Shown: positions 16,013-24,330 of the stretch, in pieces
Layout of the letters: each line of letters opens with the position of its first letter
How positions within the stretch are numbered: the first letter of the stretch is position 1
Assembly: GCA_035720905.1 (NCBI GenBank)
Contig: DASTNL010000047.1
Location: 1 to 32,320 of the forward strand
Reading direction: 5' to 3'
DNA from: Microbacteriaceae bacterium
GTDB lineage: Bacteria; Actinomycetota; Actinomycetes; Actinomycetales; Microbacteriaceae
Length of the DNA stretch: 32,320 nucleotides
Notes under the pieces: generated by a model
Database searches by the model: none
Told to the model about the DNA's origin: nothing
What the model saw: only the letters and a program-made list of their open reading frames with translations
Program-made: the position numbers and the translations under genes

Positions 16013-16687
16013 TCAGGCGGCGGGCGTCCGCTCGTGGATGATGGCCAGCATGCGCTCCGCGCGGCGCACGAGAATCTCGATCTCGTTCTCGTCGCGGTCC
16101 ACCCAGCGGCAACGCGGCTCGGGCTCCACCGGCACGAAGTCGCGATGCTCCTCCCACACCACGAGGGTGCGCTCGGCGCCCAACACGTATTGCTGCCACC
16201 ACACTTGACGCAGGTACGGGCGGGGGATGTGGCGCCACGGCTTGGTGGTCGTCTTGATCTCCTCAAGCTCCAGCCGTCCGTCGGGCCGGAGGATCATGCC
16301 GTCAGGGGTCGCCAGGTGCTCGGCGCTCGTCTCGGAGCGGAACAGCAGCGTGCTCGGGTTCAGCCCGTAACGCCGTCTCGCCCACTCGGCGACGATCGGC
16401 TCGCGCGCCTTGCCGTGTTCCGTGTAGGCGTTCCCGGTGAAGGTCGGCGGATGCAGCTTGTGCCAGGCGGCCTGCACCACGGAGCGGTCGGTGGCGAGGT
16501 GCGCCGCGTCCGTCGCCGTCACGCCGCGCAGGCGGGCCTGAAGCCAGGCGGCCCGGTGCCCGGAGTCGGCGACGACCCGTCGACGCAGACTCTCCGCAAG
16601 CACGGCCTTATTCTCTCGCCGGCGGGCCTGATCGCGGGGACCGGCCGTCGCTCGGCGTGCCTCGCGCCTCTGGCCGGCCGCGATCAT
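16013..16687 (-). CDS. YqaJ-like (lambda-exonuclease fold, PD-(D/E)XK) nuclease domain protein
   Basis: GVTATDAAHLAT resembles the YqaJ N-terminal G-x-TAS motif. ATPDGMIL ... LELEEIKTT fits the D...ExK catalytic motif. ATG 16687 is the first Met before the domain, with no strong RBS. The remainder of the 488-aa ORF is antisense to the response regulator. Confidence 0.6.
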   Translation of the reverse strand: MIAAGQRREARRATAGPRDQARRRENKAVLAESLRRRVVADSGHRAAWLQARLRGVTATDAAHLATDRSVVQAAWHKLHPPTFTGNAYTEHGKAREPIVAEWARRRYGLNPSTLLFRSETSAEHLATPDGMILRPDGRLELEEIKTTTKPWRHIPRPYLRQVWWQQYVLGAERTLVVWEEHRDFVPVEPEPRCRWVDRDENEIEILVRRAERMLAIIHERTPAA

Positions 16688-16756
16688 CGAAGATTCACAG
16701 TCTAAACAAAGGCGCCGTGTAGCGGGTTCTCTATTCGCACCTTGATACTGGCAGGC

Positions 16757-17524
16757 GTGAGCATCAAAAGCGTTGAGGACAAGGCGGGTTCCGGCCACCG
16801 CACCCAGGCTGTTCTGCGTCGCGCGGGCGGCGGCAAGGTTCGTGTTCTCGTCGTCGACGACGAGAACACGCTGACCGACCTGCTTTCGATGGCGTTGCGT
16901 TACGAGGATTGGGAGGTGCATACGGCCGACACCGGCCAGAAGGCGCTCGCCCAGGCGCGCGAGTTTCGCCCCGACCTCGTCGTGCTCGACATTATGCTTC
17001 CCGACATCGACGGTTTGACCGTGCTCTCCCGGTTGCGCAGTGACGGCTTCGACGCGCCCGTGCTCTTCTTGACCGCCAAGGATGCGCTCGACGATCGGGT
17101 GGCGGGCCTTACTGCCGGCGGCGACGACTATGTGACCAAGCCTTTCAGCCTGGAAGAGCTCGTCGCCCGGCTGCGCGGGCTCCTGCGCCGCTCCCGCATC
17201 GCCGTGCCCGAGACCTCCGACCCGGTGCTGGTCGTCGGCGACCTCACGCTCGACGAGGACAGCTACGAGGTGACGCGGGCGGGGGAGAGCATCTCGTTGA
17301 CGGCGACGGAGTTCGAGCTGCTGCGGTTCCTCATGCGCAACCCGCGCCGGGTGCTCAGCAAGGCGCAGATCCTGGATCGGGTGTGGAGCTACGACTTCGG
17401 CGGCTCTTCGAGCGTCGTCGAGCTGTACATCTCGTATCTGCGCAAGAAGATCGACGCCGGCCGCGCGCCCATGATTCACACGGTGCGTGGCGCCGGGTAC
17501 ATGGTCAAGGCCGCGAGCGCATGA
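16757..17524 (+). CDS. OmpR/PhoB-family response regulator
   Basis: Receiver domain (VLVVDDENTLTDLL ... DLVVLDIMLPDIDG ... LFLTAK) plus winged-helix domain (LTATEFELLRFLMRNPRRVLSKAQILDRVW ... TVRGAGY). The codons just before VLVVDD are GTT, so the start must be upstream. GTG 16757 lies 7 nt after GATACT and may be leaderless; TTG 16742 is the alternative. Confidence 0.88.
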   Translation: MSIKSVEDKAGSGHRTQAVLRRAGGGKVRVLVVDDENTLTDLLSMALRYEDWEVHTADTGQKALAQAREFRPDLVVLDIMLPDIDGLTVLSRLRSDGFDAPVLFLTAKDALDDRVAGLTAGGDDYVTKPFSLEELVARLRGLLRRSRIAVPETSDPVLVVGDLTLDEDSYEVTRAGESISLTATEFELLRFLMRNPRRVLSKAQILDRVWSYDFGGSSSVVELYISYLRKKIDAGRAPMIHTVRGAGYMVKAASA

Positions 17525-19101
17525 CCGGCGGCGCGCGTGCCGCGCCAGAGACAGGGGCCTCCCCGCGCCGCCCGGCGCTGCTGCGGCGGCTCGCGGCCGC
17601 TGCGAGGCTGGGCGCCTGGTCGCTGCGTGCCCGGCTCGTCGTGACGGCCGTCGTGATGATGGCGCTCATCAGCGTGATCATCGGCGTGCTCAGCGTCTTG
17701 GCCCTCCGCAACTCGATGATGGCCGACCTCGACTCCCAGCTACACAGCACGATCGACCGGGGTCGGGCCGTCGTGTTGCACGAGATGCAGAACTTCGCGG
17801 CGCCCGGCAGGCCGCTGATCGGGGCGGTCGTCGCGGCGACCGGCCAGCCGACGGGAACGTTCGGTGCCTACGTCACCGACCAGTCGATCACGGTCGCCTA
17901 CCTCGACCCGGCCGCGACGACGAAGAACGTCACCCGCAACTTGTCGACGACGCTCACCGACATTCCCGCCGATCAGGGTGCGCAGACCGTCGACCTGGGC
18001 GGCGGGTTCGGCGACTACCGGCTCGCGGCGACCCGGGTCGGGCCCGGGGTGCTTGTCATAGGGCTGCCGGTGGCCGGGGTCGACCAGACCATCTCGCGCC
18101 TCATCGTCACGATCGTCGTCGTCTCGCTGCTAGGCCTCATCGTGCTCGCCGTGGCCGCGGCGATGATCGTGCGCCTGGCGCTCAGCCCACTGGAGCGCAT
18201 GGCCGCGGCGGCCCGCAAGGTCTCCGAGTTGCCGCTCGACCGCGGCGAGGTGGCGTTGGGGGTGCGCATGCCGCAGAAGGATGCGCAGATGCACACCGAG
18301 GTCGGCATGGTCGCGGCCGCGTTGAACCGCATGCTCGGCCACATCGCCGCGGCGCTCGCCGCCCGACAACGAAGCGAGCAGAAGGTGCGGGAGTTCGTCG
18401 CCGACGCCAGCCACGAGTTGCGCACGCCCCTCGCCTCGATCCGCGGCTACGCGGAGCTGACGAGGCGCAGCCCGCAGGAGCTGCCGGCCGACGCGGGCCG
18501 GGCGCTCGGCCGCATCGAGTCGGAGGCCGCGCGGATGACCGGGCTCGTCGAAGACCTGCTGCTCTTGGCCCGGCTCGACGCGGGGCGGGACCTTGAGTAC
18601 GGGGTCGTCGACCTGACGAGCCTCGTGATCGATTCGGTCAGCGACGCGCACGCCGCCGGCCCCGGGCATCGGTTCGAGCTGGACCTGCCCGAGGAGCCGG
18701 TGGAGATCTACGGCGATGCCGCCCGGCTGCATCAGGTCGTCGTGAACCTCCTCGCGAACGCGCGGGTCCACACCCCCGACGGCACGACCGTGACGGCGGT
18801 GGTGCGGCGGGAGGACGGCCGGGCGGCAGGGGCTCCCTTGGCTGTGCCGCACGCCGTCGTGTCTGTGGTCGACGACGGGCCGGGCATCCCCGAGCCTCAG
18901 CAGGCCAGGCTCTTCGAACGGTTCGCGCGCGGCGACGCCTCCCGCTCCCGAGCCACCGGCAGCACGGGCCTCGGCCTCGCGATCGTGAAAGCCGTGGTCG
19001 ACGCCCATCATGGTCTTGTCAAGGTGTCGAGCGTGCCGGGCCGCACGGAGTTCACGGTGCGGCTGCCGCTCGACTCGCCGCCCCCGCCGCCGAACGCCTG
19101 A
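17521..19101 (+). CDS. Sensor histidine kinase (two TM helices, ~170-aa extracytoplasmic loop, HAMP, HisKA, HATPase_c)
   Basis: ATGA overlap with the regulator gene. H-box FVADASHELRTPLASIRGYAEL, N-box LLANARVHTP, G-boxes DDGPGIP and GSTGLGLAIV. Confidence 0.9.
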   Translation: MTGGARAAPETGASPRRPALLRRLAAAARLGAWSLRARLVVTAVVMMALISVIIGVLSVLALRNSMMADLDSQLHSTIDRGRAVVLHEMQNFAAPGRPLIGAVVAATGQPTGTFGAYVTDQSITVAYLDPAATTKNVTRNLSTTLTDIPADQGAQTVDLGGGFGDYRLAATRVGPGVLVIGLPVAGVDQTISRLIVTIVVVSLLGLIVLAVAAAMIVRLALSPLERMAAAARKVSELPLDRGEVALGVRMPQKDAQMHTEVGMVAAALNRMLGHIAAALAARQRSEQKVREFVADASHELRTPLASIRGYAELTRRSPQELPADAGRALGRIESEAARMTGLVEDLLLLARLDAGRDLEYGVVDLTSLVIDSVSDAHAAGPGHRFELDLPEEPVEIYGDAARLHQVVVNLLANARVHTPDGTTVTAVVRREDGRAAGAPLAVPHAVVSVVDDGPGIPEPQQARLFERFARGDASRSRATGSTGLGLAIVKAVVDAHHGLVKVSSVPGRTEFTVRLPLDSPPPPPNA

Positions 19102-19343
19102 CCGTTCGGCGGGCCGCGCGAATTGCGTGGCGGCCGGCGGCCCCGTAAAGTAGTGGGTGCCGAAGACCGCTGGTTGTCGGGTGCACGCATGCGTGGCACC
19201 TGACCGAAGGTTCGTACGACGAACGGCCCGCGCAGGTGAGTAGGGATTCACGTCGAAAGACGTACGAGCTCCGTGCCGCCTGGGCCGGGGCTTTTTTCGT
19301 GTTCGCACCAAGGGCCGCCAGCACCTAATCACAAGGAGTGGCC
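19102..19343 (+). promoter_or_regulatory. Structured rplJL 5' leader (candidate ribosomal protein L10 leader)
   Basis: A 242-nt spacer with several small hairpins (GTTCGT-ACG-ACGAAC; ACGTC-GAAA-GACGT; GGTGCC...GGCACC) and a GC-rich segment followed by TTTTTT (19292-19297) about 45 nt before the rplJ ATG. The position matches the known L10 leader. The fold was not verified. Confidence 0.45.
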
Positions 19344-19859
19344 ATGGCGGACAAGCACGCCGCGGTTGCCGAGTTGACGCAGAAGTTTCGCGACTCGACC
19401 GCCGTCCTCTTGACCGAGTATCGCGGCCTCACTGTCACGGCGATGAAGAATCTTCGTCGCAGCATCAGTGCAGACGCGACCTACGCCGTGGTGAAGAACA
19501 CGCTCACCAAGATCGCGGCACACGACGCCGGAATCACGGTGTTCGACGACCAGCTCGCCGGGCCCAGTGCGATCGCCTTCGTACACGGCGACCCCGTCGC
19601 CGCTGCGAAGGGTCTGCGTGACTTCGCTAACGACAACCCTCTGCTGGTGATCAAGGGTGGCTATTTCGATGGTCACGCCCTGAACGCCGACGAGGTCAAT
19701 CAGTTGGCCGAACTCGAATCCCGCGATGTGCTGCTGGCCAAGCTGGCCGGCGCTTTCAAGGCTTCGCTGTTCGGCGCCGCATACCTGTTCAACGCACCGC
19801 TCTCGAAGGCCGTTCGCACGGTCGACGCGCTGCGTGAGAAGCAGGAAGAAGCCGCGTAG
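19344..19859 (+). CDS. rplJ: 50S ribosomal protein L10
   Basis: Clear L10 sequence. ATG 19344 is 5 nt after AAGGAG (19333-19338). The ORF-track GTG at 19338 overlaps the RBS. Confidence 0.95.
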   Translation: MADKHAAVAELTQKFRDSTAVLLTEYRGLTVTAMKNLRRSISADATYAVVKNTLTKIAAHDAGITVFDDQLAGPSAIAFVHGDPVAAAKGLRDFANDNPLLVIKGGYFDGHALNADEVNQLAELESRDVLLAKLAGAFKASLFGAAYLFNAPLSKAVRTVDALREKQEEAA

Positions 19860-19913
19860 CCCACACCGGCGCGCATCTGACCCACGAAGACTGCACACGA
19901 CAAGGAGACCATC

Positions 19914-20300
19914 ATGGCCAAGCTTTCCACCGACGAGCTGCTCGACGCATTCAAAGAGCTGACCCTCATCGAGCTGAACGAATTTGTGAAGAAGTTTGAG
20001 GAGACCTTCGAGGTGACCGCGGCCGCGCCGGTCGCCGTCGCGGCGCCCGCGGCCGCGGGTGGCGCGGGCGAGCCTGCCGCAGAAGAGAAAGACTCGTTCG
20101 ACGTGATCTTGGAGACCGTCGGCGACAAGAAGATCCAGGTCATCAAAGAGGTCCGCTCGCTGACCAGCCTGGGCCTCGGCGACGCGAAGGCGCTCGTCGA
20201 CGGTGCGCCGAAGCCCGTGCTCGAGGGCGCGAACAAGGAAGACGCAGAGAAGGCGAAGGCCAAGCTCGAGGCGGCCGGCGCCACGGTCACCCTCAAGTAG
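19914..20300 (+). CDS. rplL: 50S ribosomal protein L7/L12
   Basis: Clear L7/L12 sequence: Ala/Pro hinge followed by [29 protein letters not shown]. Confidence 0.97.
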   Translation: MAKLSTDELLDAFKELTLIELNEFVKKFEETFEVTAAAPVAVAAPAAAGGAGEPAAEEKDSFDVILETVGDKKIQVIKEVRSLTSLGLGDAKALVDGAPKPVLEGANKEDAEKAKAKLEAAGATVTLK

Positions 20301-20302
20301 CC

Positions 20303-20382
20303 GTCGCCCCCGGAAGACCCAGGGGGCTTAGGCGACATCGACCGGGCGGCATTCTTTCGGGGGTGTCGCCCGGCCGGCTTTT
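20303..20382 (+). terminator. Two consecutive hairpins after rplL, the second followed by TTTT
   Basis: Hairpin 1 is GTCGCCCCC...GGGGG..GGCGAC (20303-20336). Hairpin 2 is CCGGGCG(GCA)...(TGT)CGCCCGG (20342-20373), then CCGGCTTTT. Confidence 0.55.
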
Positions 20383-20409
20383 AACATAGATAGATGTGCT
20401 ATGTATAAT
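20381..20409 (+). promoter_or_regulatory. Near-consensus sigma-70-type promoter with embedded inverted repeat (probable MarR operator)
   Basis: TTAACA (20381-20386), a 17-nt spacer, then TATAAT (20404-20409). The inverted repeat ACATAG-N9-CTATGT (20384-20404) spans the spacer. Confidence 0.7.
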
Positions 20410-20416
20410 GGGCTCC

Positions 20417-20956
20417 GTGATACCCCCTGAACCCGACGCAAGGACGGCGCGCCTGCAAGAGACCATCAGTGATCTCATCCAGGTCAGCCATCGCATGGCG
20501 CGGTTGGCCGCCCACGTCTCCGGCAGCACCGAGTCACCGGCTTCGTGGCGCACCCTCAGCGTGCTCCAGGCCTACGGACCGATGCGGCTCGGGGAGCTCG
20601 CCGAGCGCAGCCGGGTCAGCCAGCCGACGATGACCAAGCTCGTGCGGGGCCTGGTCGATCGGGGCCGCGCCCGCCGGCTCGCCGACAGCGACGACGCTCG
20701 AGCCTGGCAGATCGGCATCACGGCCGACGGTGATGAGGCGTTGGAGGGTTGGCGGCATACCATCGGGACCGCGCTCGCGCCGCTTTTCGCCGACATCACC
20801 GACGAAGAACTGCGTACCCTGCAAGAAGGCGTGCGTATCGTCAGCGCCGGCGAGCGTCGTGCCGACGGCATCGACCTGCTCGGGTCGGCGAAGGGTTCGG
20901 CCACCCCGCCCCGGGGGGCCTCGCCGGCGGCGCCCGCCGCGGGGGGTGCCCTGTGA
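20417..20956 (+). CDS. MarR-family transcriptional regulator
   Basis: Winged HTH (LSVLQAYGPMRLGELAERSRVSQPTMTKLVRGLVDRG ... DARAWQIGITADG). GTG 20417 lies 7 nt after the TATAAT, which predicts a leaderless mRNA. The ORF-track start at 20396 lies inside the promoter. Confidence 0.85.
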   Translation: MIPPEPDARTARLQETISDLIQVSHRMARLAAHVSGSTESPASWRTLSVLQAYGPMRLGELAERSRVSQPTMTKLVRGLVDRGRARRLADSDDARAWQIGITADGDEALEGWRHTIGTALAPLFADITDEELRTLQEGVRIVSAGERRADGIDLLGSAKGSATPPRGASPAAPAAGGAL

Positions 20957-22206
20957 GCGCCGACACGGAGACGTCGCCCCTCGTCCACGCCGGCGACGAC
21001 ACCGAGTTCTCGGGGGCACGGCCGGCCCCGAGCATCCTCCACCAGCCGACCGCCGTGTGGGCGGTCGCCTTCGCCTGCGTCATCGCGTTCATGGGCATCG
21101 GGCTCGTCGACCCGATTCTGCCGGCCATCGCCGCAGAGTTGAAGGCCAGCCCGACGCAGACCGAGCTGTTGTTCACGAGCTATCTGATCATCACCGCCAT
21201 CGCGATGTTCTTCAGCAGCTGGATCTCGAGTCGCATCGGAGCCAAACGCACGCTCCTCATCGGCCTCGCCTTGATCGTGCTCTTCGCGGCCGCGGCCGGC
21301 GCCGCCGGAAACGTCGAAGGCGTCATCGGCTTCCGTGGCGGGTGGGGGCTCGGCAACGCGCTGTTCATCTCCACCGCGCTCGCCGCGATCGTCGGCGCGG
21401 CCTCAGGCGGTGCGTCCTCGGCGATCGTGTTGTACGAGGCGGCCCTCGGGCTCGGCATCGCCGTCGGGCCGCTTTTGGGCGGCCTTCTCGGCGGCATCAG
21501 CTGGCGCGGCCCGTTCTTCGGCACGGCCGTGCTCATGGCCGTCGCGTTCCTGTCGATCTTGATCCTCTTGAAGCCCGGCCGCGCGCGACCCGCGCCGAGC
21601 CCGCTCGCGGCACCCTTCCGGGCGCTTGGCAGGCCGGGTCTCACCGTCATGGCCGTCGCCGCGCTCTTCTACAACTTCGCCTTCTTCGTGCTGCTCGCCT
21701 ACACGCCCTTTGCGCTCGTGCCGCTCGGCCTTGCCAGCGCGATGACCCTCGGGCTGATCTTCTGCGCCTGGGGCGTGACGCTCGCGATCAGCTCGGTGTG
21801 GGTGGCGCCGCTTTTCACGAGGCGGATGCGACGCACGCGCGTCATGTGGCTGGTGCTTCCGTTCTTTGCCGCCGACATGGTGGCCGCCGCCTTCGTCATC
21901 CACTCCGGCGCGGCCCTGATCGGCTGCGTCATCGCGGGCGGGCTGTTCCTCGGCATCCTCAACACGGTGATGACGCAGTGCAGCATGGAATCGACCGATC
22001 TGCCCCGCATGGTCGCCTCCTCCGCCTATTCCGGGGTTCGATTCTTGGGCGGCGCGATCGCGCCGCCGCTTGCGACGATTCTGGCGAGGCTCGTCGACCC
22101 CGCGACGCCGTTCTACGTGGCCGCGGGGGCGTTGCTGGTCAGCCTCGGCATCACCGCCGTGGGCGTCAAGGCGCTGCGCCGGGCAGACGCCGCGCCGGCG
22201 TCGTAG
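20953..22206 (+). CDS. MFS transporter (drug:H+ antiporter-like, 12 TM)
   Basis: GTGA overlap with the MarR gene. Hydrophobic 12-TM profile with FMGIGLVDPILPAIA and GFRGGWGLGNA-type MFS motifs. Confidence 0.85.
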   Translation: MSADTETSPLVHAGDDTEFSGARPAPSILHQPTAVWAVAFACVIAFMGIGLVDPILPAIAAELKASPTQTELLFTSYLIITAIAMFFSSWISSRIGAKRTLLIGLALIVLFAAAAGAAGNVEGVIGFRGGWGLGNALFISTALAAIVGAASGGASSAIVLYEAALGLGIAVGPLLGGLLGGISWRGPFFGTAVLMAVAFLSILILLKPGRARPAPSPLAAPFRALGRPGLTVMAVAALFYNFAFFVLLAYTPFALVPLGLASAMTLGLIFCAWGVTLAISSVWVAPLFTRRMRRTRVMWLVLPFFAADMVAAAFVIHSGAALIGCVIAGGLFLGILNTVMTQCSMESTDLPRMVASSAYSGVRFLGGAIAPPLATILARLVDPATPFYVAAGALLVSLGITAVGVKALRRADAAPAS

Positions 22207-22278
22207 GCACATCGCCTTGCCGGCCGTGCCGCGAGCCGGGACTCATCGCCCGCTTTCGGCGCCCCTAGGCTGAGAGGC

Positions 22279-24318
22279 ATGGCGGCGTTCGCATCGGGGT
22301 GGATGCGGGAACTGGTGCGACCGAAGAGCGCGCCGGTGCCGTGGGCGCGGGTCTTCAGGTGTGCTGTCTCCATCACGGCGCCCGTCGCCCTCGGCGCCGT
22401 CGTCGGCCGGCTCGACATCGGCCTGCTCGTCGCGATCGGCGGCCTCACGGGGGCGCTCAACGACCGTGATGCGCCGTACCTGGCCAGGATGACCCGCATG
22501 GCAGTCGTCGCCGTGGGCGGCACCGTCGGTTTCGGGCTCGGCGGCCTGGTCTTGGGCGACGAGGTGCTGACGGCCGTCTTCGTGCTGGCGGGCGGCCTCG
22601 TCGCCGCGCTCGTGAGTGTGCTGGGCGGCGCCGCCTCGTCGGCCGCCCTGCAGTTCCTCATCTACCTCATCGTCGCTTCGGGCGTCGACTTCGGGCCCGG
22701 CCCGGCCTGGCTGGGGCCGGCCTGTTACCTCGGCGGCATCGCCTGGGCGCTGGCGCTGTCTCTCGTGGGTGGCCTTGGCCGCTCGGCCGCGCCCGAACGT
22801 CTCGCCGTGGCCGAGGTGTATCGATGCCTGGCGCTCGTCATGGAGTCGGCCGGCGGGCCGTCGGCCCAGGCGGACGCCGCCCGGCAGAAGCTCACCGGCG
22901 CGATGAACGAGGCCTACGACGCCGTCGCCACCCGGCGCACGCTGAGCGCCGGCCGCGACTCCCACGCCCGACTGCTCGCGGCCCTTGTGAATGCCGTGAC
23001 GCCGGCCGTCGAGACGACGACGGCGCTCGTGCGTTCCGGCACACGTGTGCCGGTGTCTTTCATCGCCCGGGTGCGAGAGATGTCGTCGGAGATCCGCCGC
23101 GGCGCGCGCGGCGTCCCGCGCCCCGCCGGCTGGGTCGTCTCCGCACAGCACCCGCGCGCCGCATGGCTCCGGCTTCTGCACGACGAGCTCGACACGGTCG
23201 ACGAGATCCTCGAGGCCACCCGGCACGCCCGGCGGCCGGCCCGGCCGGCGACGACCGGCGGCGTCACCCCGGTGACGCGCGCCCTGAAGATGGCCGGCAT
23301 GACCACCTCGGTACCCGTCTCGGGCGCCGGGCGGCAGGCGATCCGCTCACTGCGTGACGCGGTGGCCTCGGGGCCGGCGACCTGGAGCCCCATCGTGCGC
23401 CTGGTGCTCTGCCTCGCGGTCGCCGAGGCGGTCGCCATCCTCGACCCGGAGCCTCGCCCGTACTGGATTGCCATGACCGTCGCGATCGTGTTGAAGCCCG
23501 ACTTCGGCAGCGTGTTCGCCCGCGCCGTGCAGCGCGGCACGGGAACGATCGTCGGCGTTCTCCTCGGCAGCGTCGTGCTCGCTCTCGCGCCGGGTGTCGT
23601 GTTGCCGATCGTCGCCATCGCGATCCTTTCGGCGCTCCTGCCCGTCGCCGTCGGCCGCAACTACGGCATGTATGCGACGTTTCTGACGCCGCTCATCGTG
23701 CTGCTCCTCGACCTGGGCCAGGGCGCCTCCGGGCCCGGCGGCGCACAGTTGGTCGTCAGCCGCCTCGTCGACACCGTCCTCGGCTGTGTCATCGTGCTGC
23801 TCGTCGGCTACGTGCCGTGGCCCGATACCTGGCGTTCTCGTGGCCGGCTGGGTGCCCGCTTCGCCACGGCGGTCGTCGCCGTGCGCGACTACGTGACCGC
23901 GGCGCTCGGCGCCCCCGCCGACCCCGGCCCCAGCCGGCAGTCGGCGAGAAGGACGGCCTATCGGGCGCTCTCCGACCTGCGCACGTACCTGCAGCAGAGC
24001 CTCGCCGAACCGCCGGCCGTGAGTGCCGTCGCGGCCGGCTGGTGGCCGGCCGTGGTCGCTTTGGAACGGGTCACCGACGCCGTCACGGGCGTTGTCGTCG
24101 GTGCTCGGGCGGGGCGGGCCCGGCCGGGCGCCGACGGCGTGCGGAGGGTCGTGACCGCACTCGACGTGTTGGCCGGCCGGCTGCGGGGCGAGCCCGCCGA
24201 GGCGGCCGGTGCCGCGACGTCGTCGACCGTCACCGACCCGGCCCTGGCCGGCGTCTGGGCAGAGTTGCGCACCGCCCAGGCGGTTTTCGGCACGCGCACG
24301 CCGCCCCCGGGCCCTTAG
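22279..24318 (+). CDS. FUSC (fusaric-acid-resistance-like / aromatic acid exporter) family membrane protein
   Basis: Two hydrophobic blocks separated by a soluble region. The second block starts YWIAMTVAIVLKPDFGSVFARAVQRGTGTIVGVLLG, which is typical of the FUSC/YccS family. Confidence 0.75.
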   Translation: MAAFASGWMRELVRPKSAPVPWARVFRCAVSITAPVALGAVVGRLDIGLLVAIGGLTGALNDRDAPYLARMTRMAVVAVGGTVGFGLGGLVLGDEVLTAVFVLAGGLVAALVSVLGGAASSAALQFLIYLIVASGVDFGPGPAWLGPACYLGGIAWALALSLVGGLGRSAAPERLAVAEVYRCLALVMESAGGPSAQADAARQKLTGAMNEAYDAVATRRTLSAGRDSHARLLAALVNAVTPAVETTTALVRSGTRVPVSFIARVREMSSEIRRGARGVPRPAGWVVSAQHPRAAWLRLLHDELDTVDEILEATRHARRPARPATTGGVTPVTRALKMAGMTTSVPVSGAGRQAIRSLRDAVASGPATWSPIVRLVLCLAVAEAVAILDPEPRPYWIAMTVAIVLKPDFGSVFARAVQRGTGTIVGVLLGSVVLALAPGVVLPIVAIAILSALLPVAVGRNYGMYATFLTPLIVLLLDLGQGASGPGGAQLVVSRLVDTVLGCVIVLLVGYVPWPDTWRSRGRLGARFATAVVAVRDYVTAALGAPADPGPSRQSARRTAYRALSDLRTYLQQSLAEPPAVSAVAAGWWPAVVALERVTDAVTGVVVGARAGRARPGADGVRRVVTALDVLAGRLRGEPAEAAGAATSSTVTDPALAGVWAELRTAQAVFGTRTPPPGP

Positions 24319-24330
24319 TAGGCTGGCGAC

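Noticed and set aside
14827-16041. 404-aa plus-strand ORF opposite the oxidoreductase gene
   Set aside because: It is antisense to a clearly recognisable MDR-family oxidoreductase with an RBS-supported start. Its translation is Arg/Gly/Asp-rich with no motif.
8255-19343. Calling the rplA-rplJ block a mobile genomic island
   Set aside because: No integrase, transposase, conjugation or phage structural genes are present. I saw no flanking direct repeats and no tRNA at the border. Only a lone YqaJ-like gene hints at phage ancestry. I report it as a variable-junction insertion rather than a mobile element.
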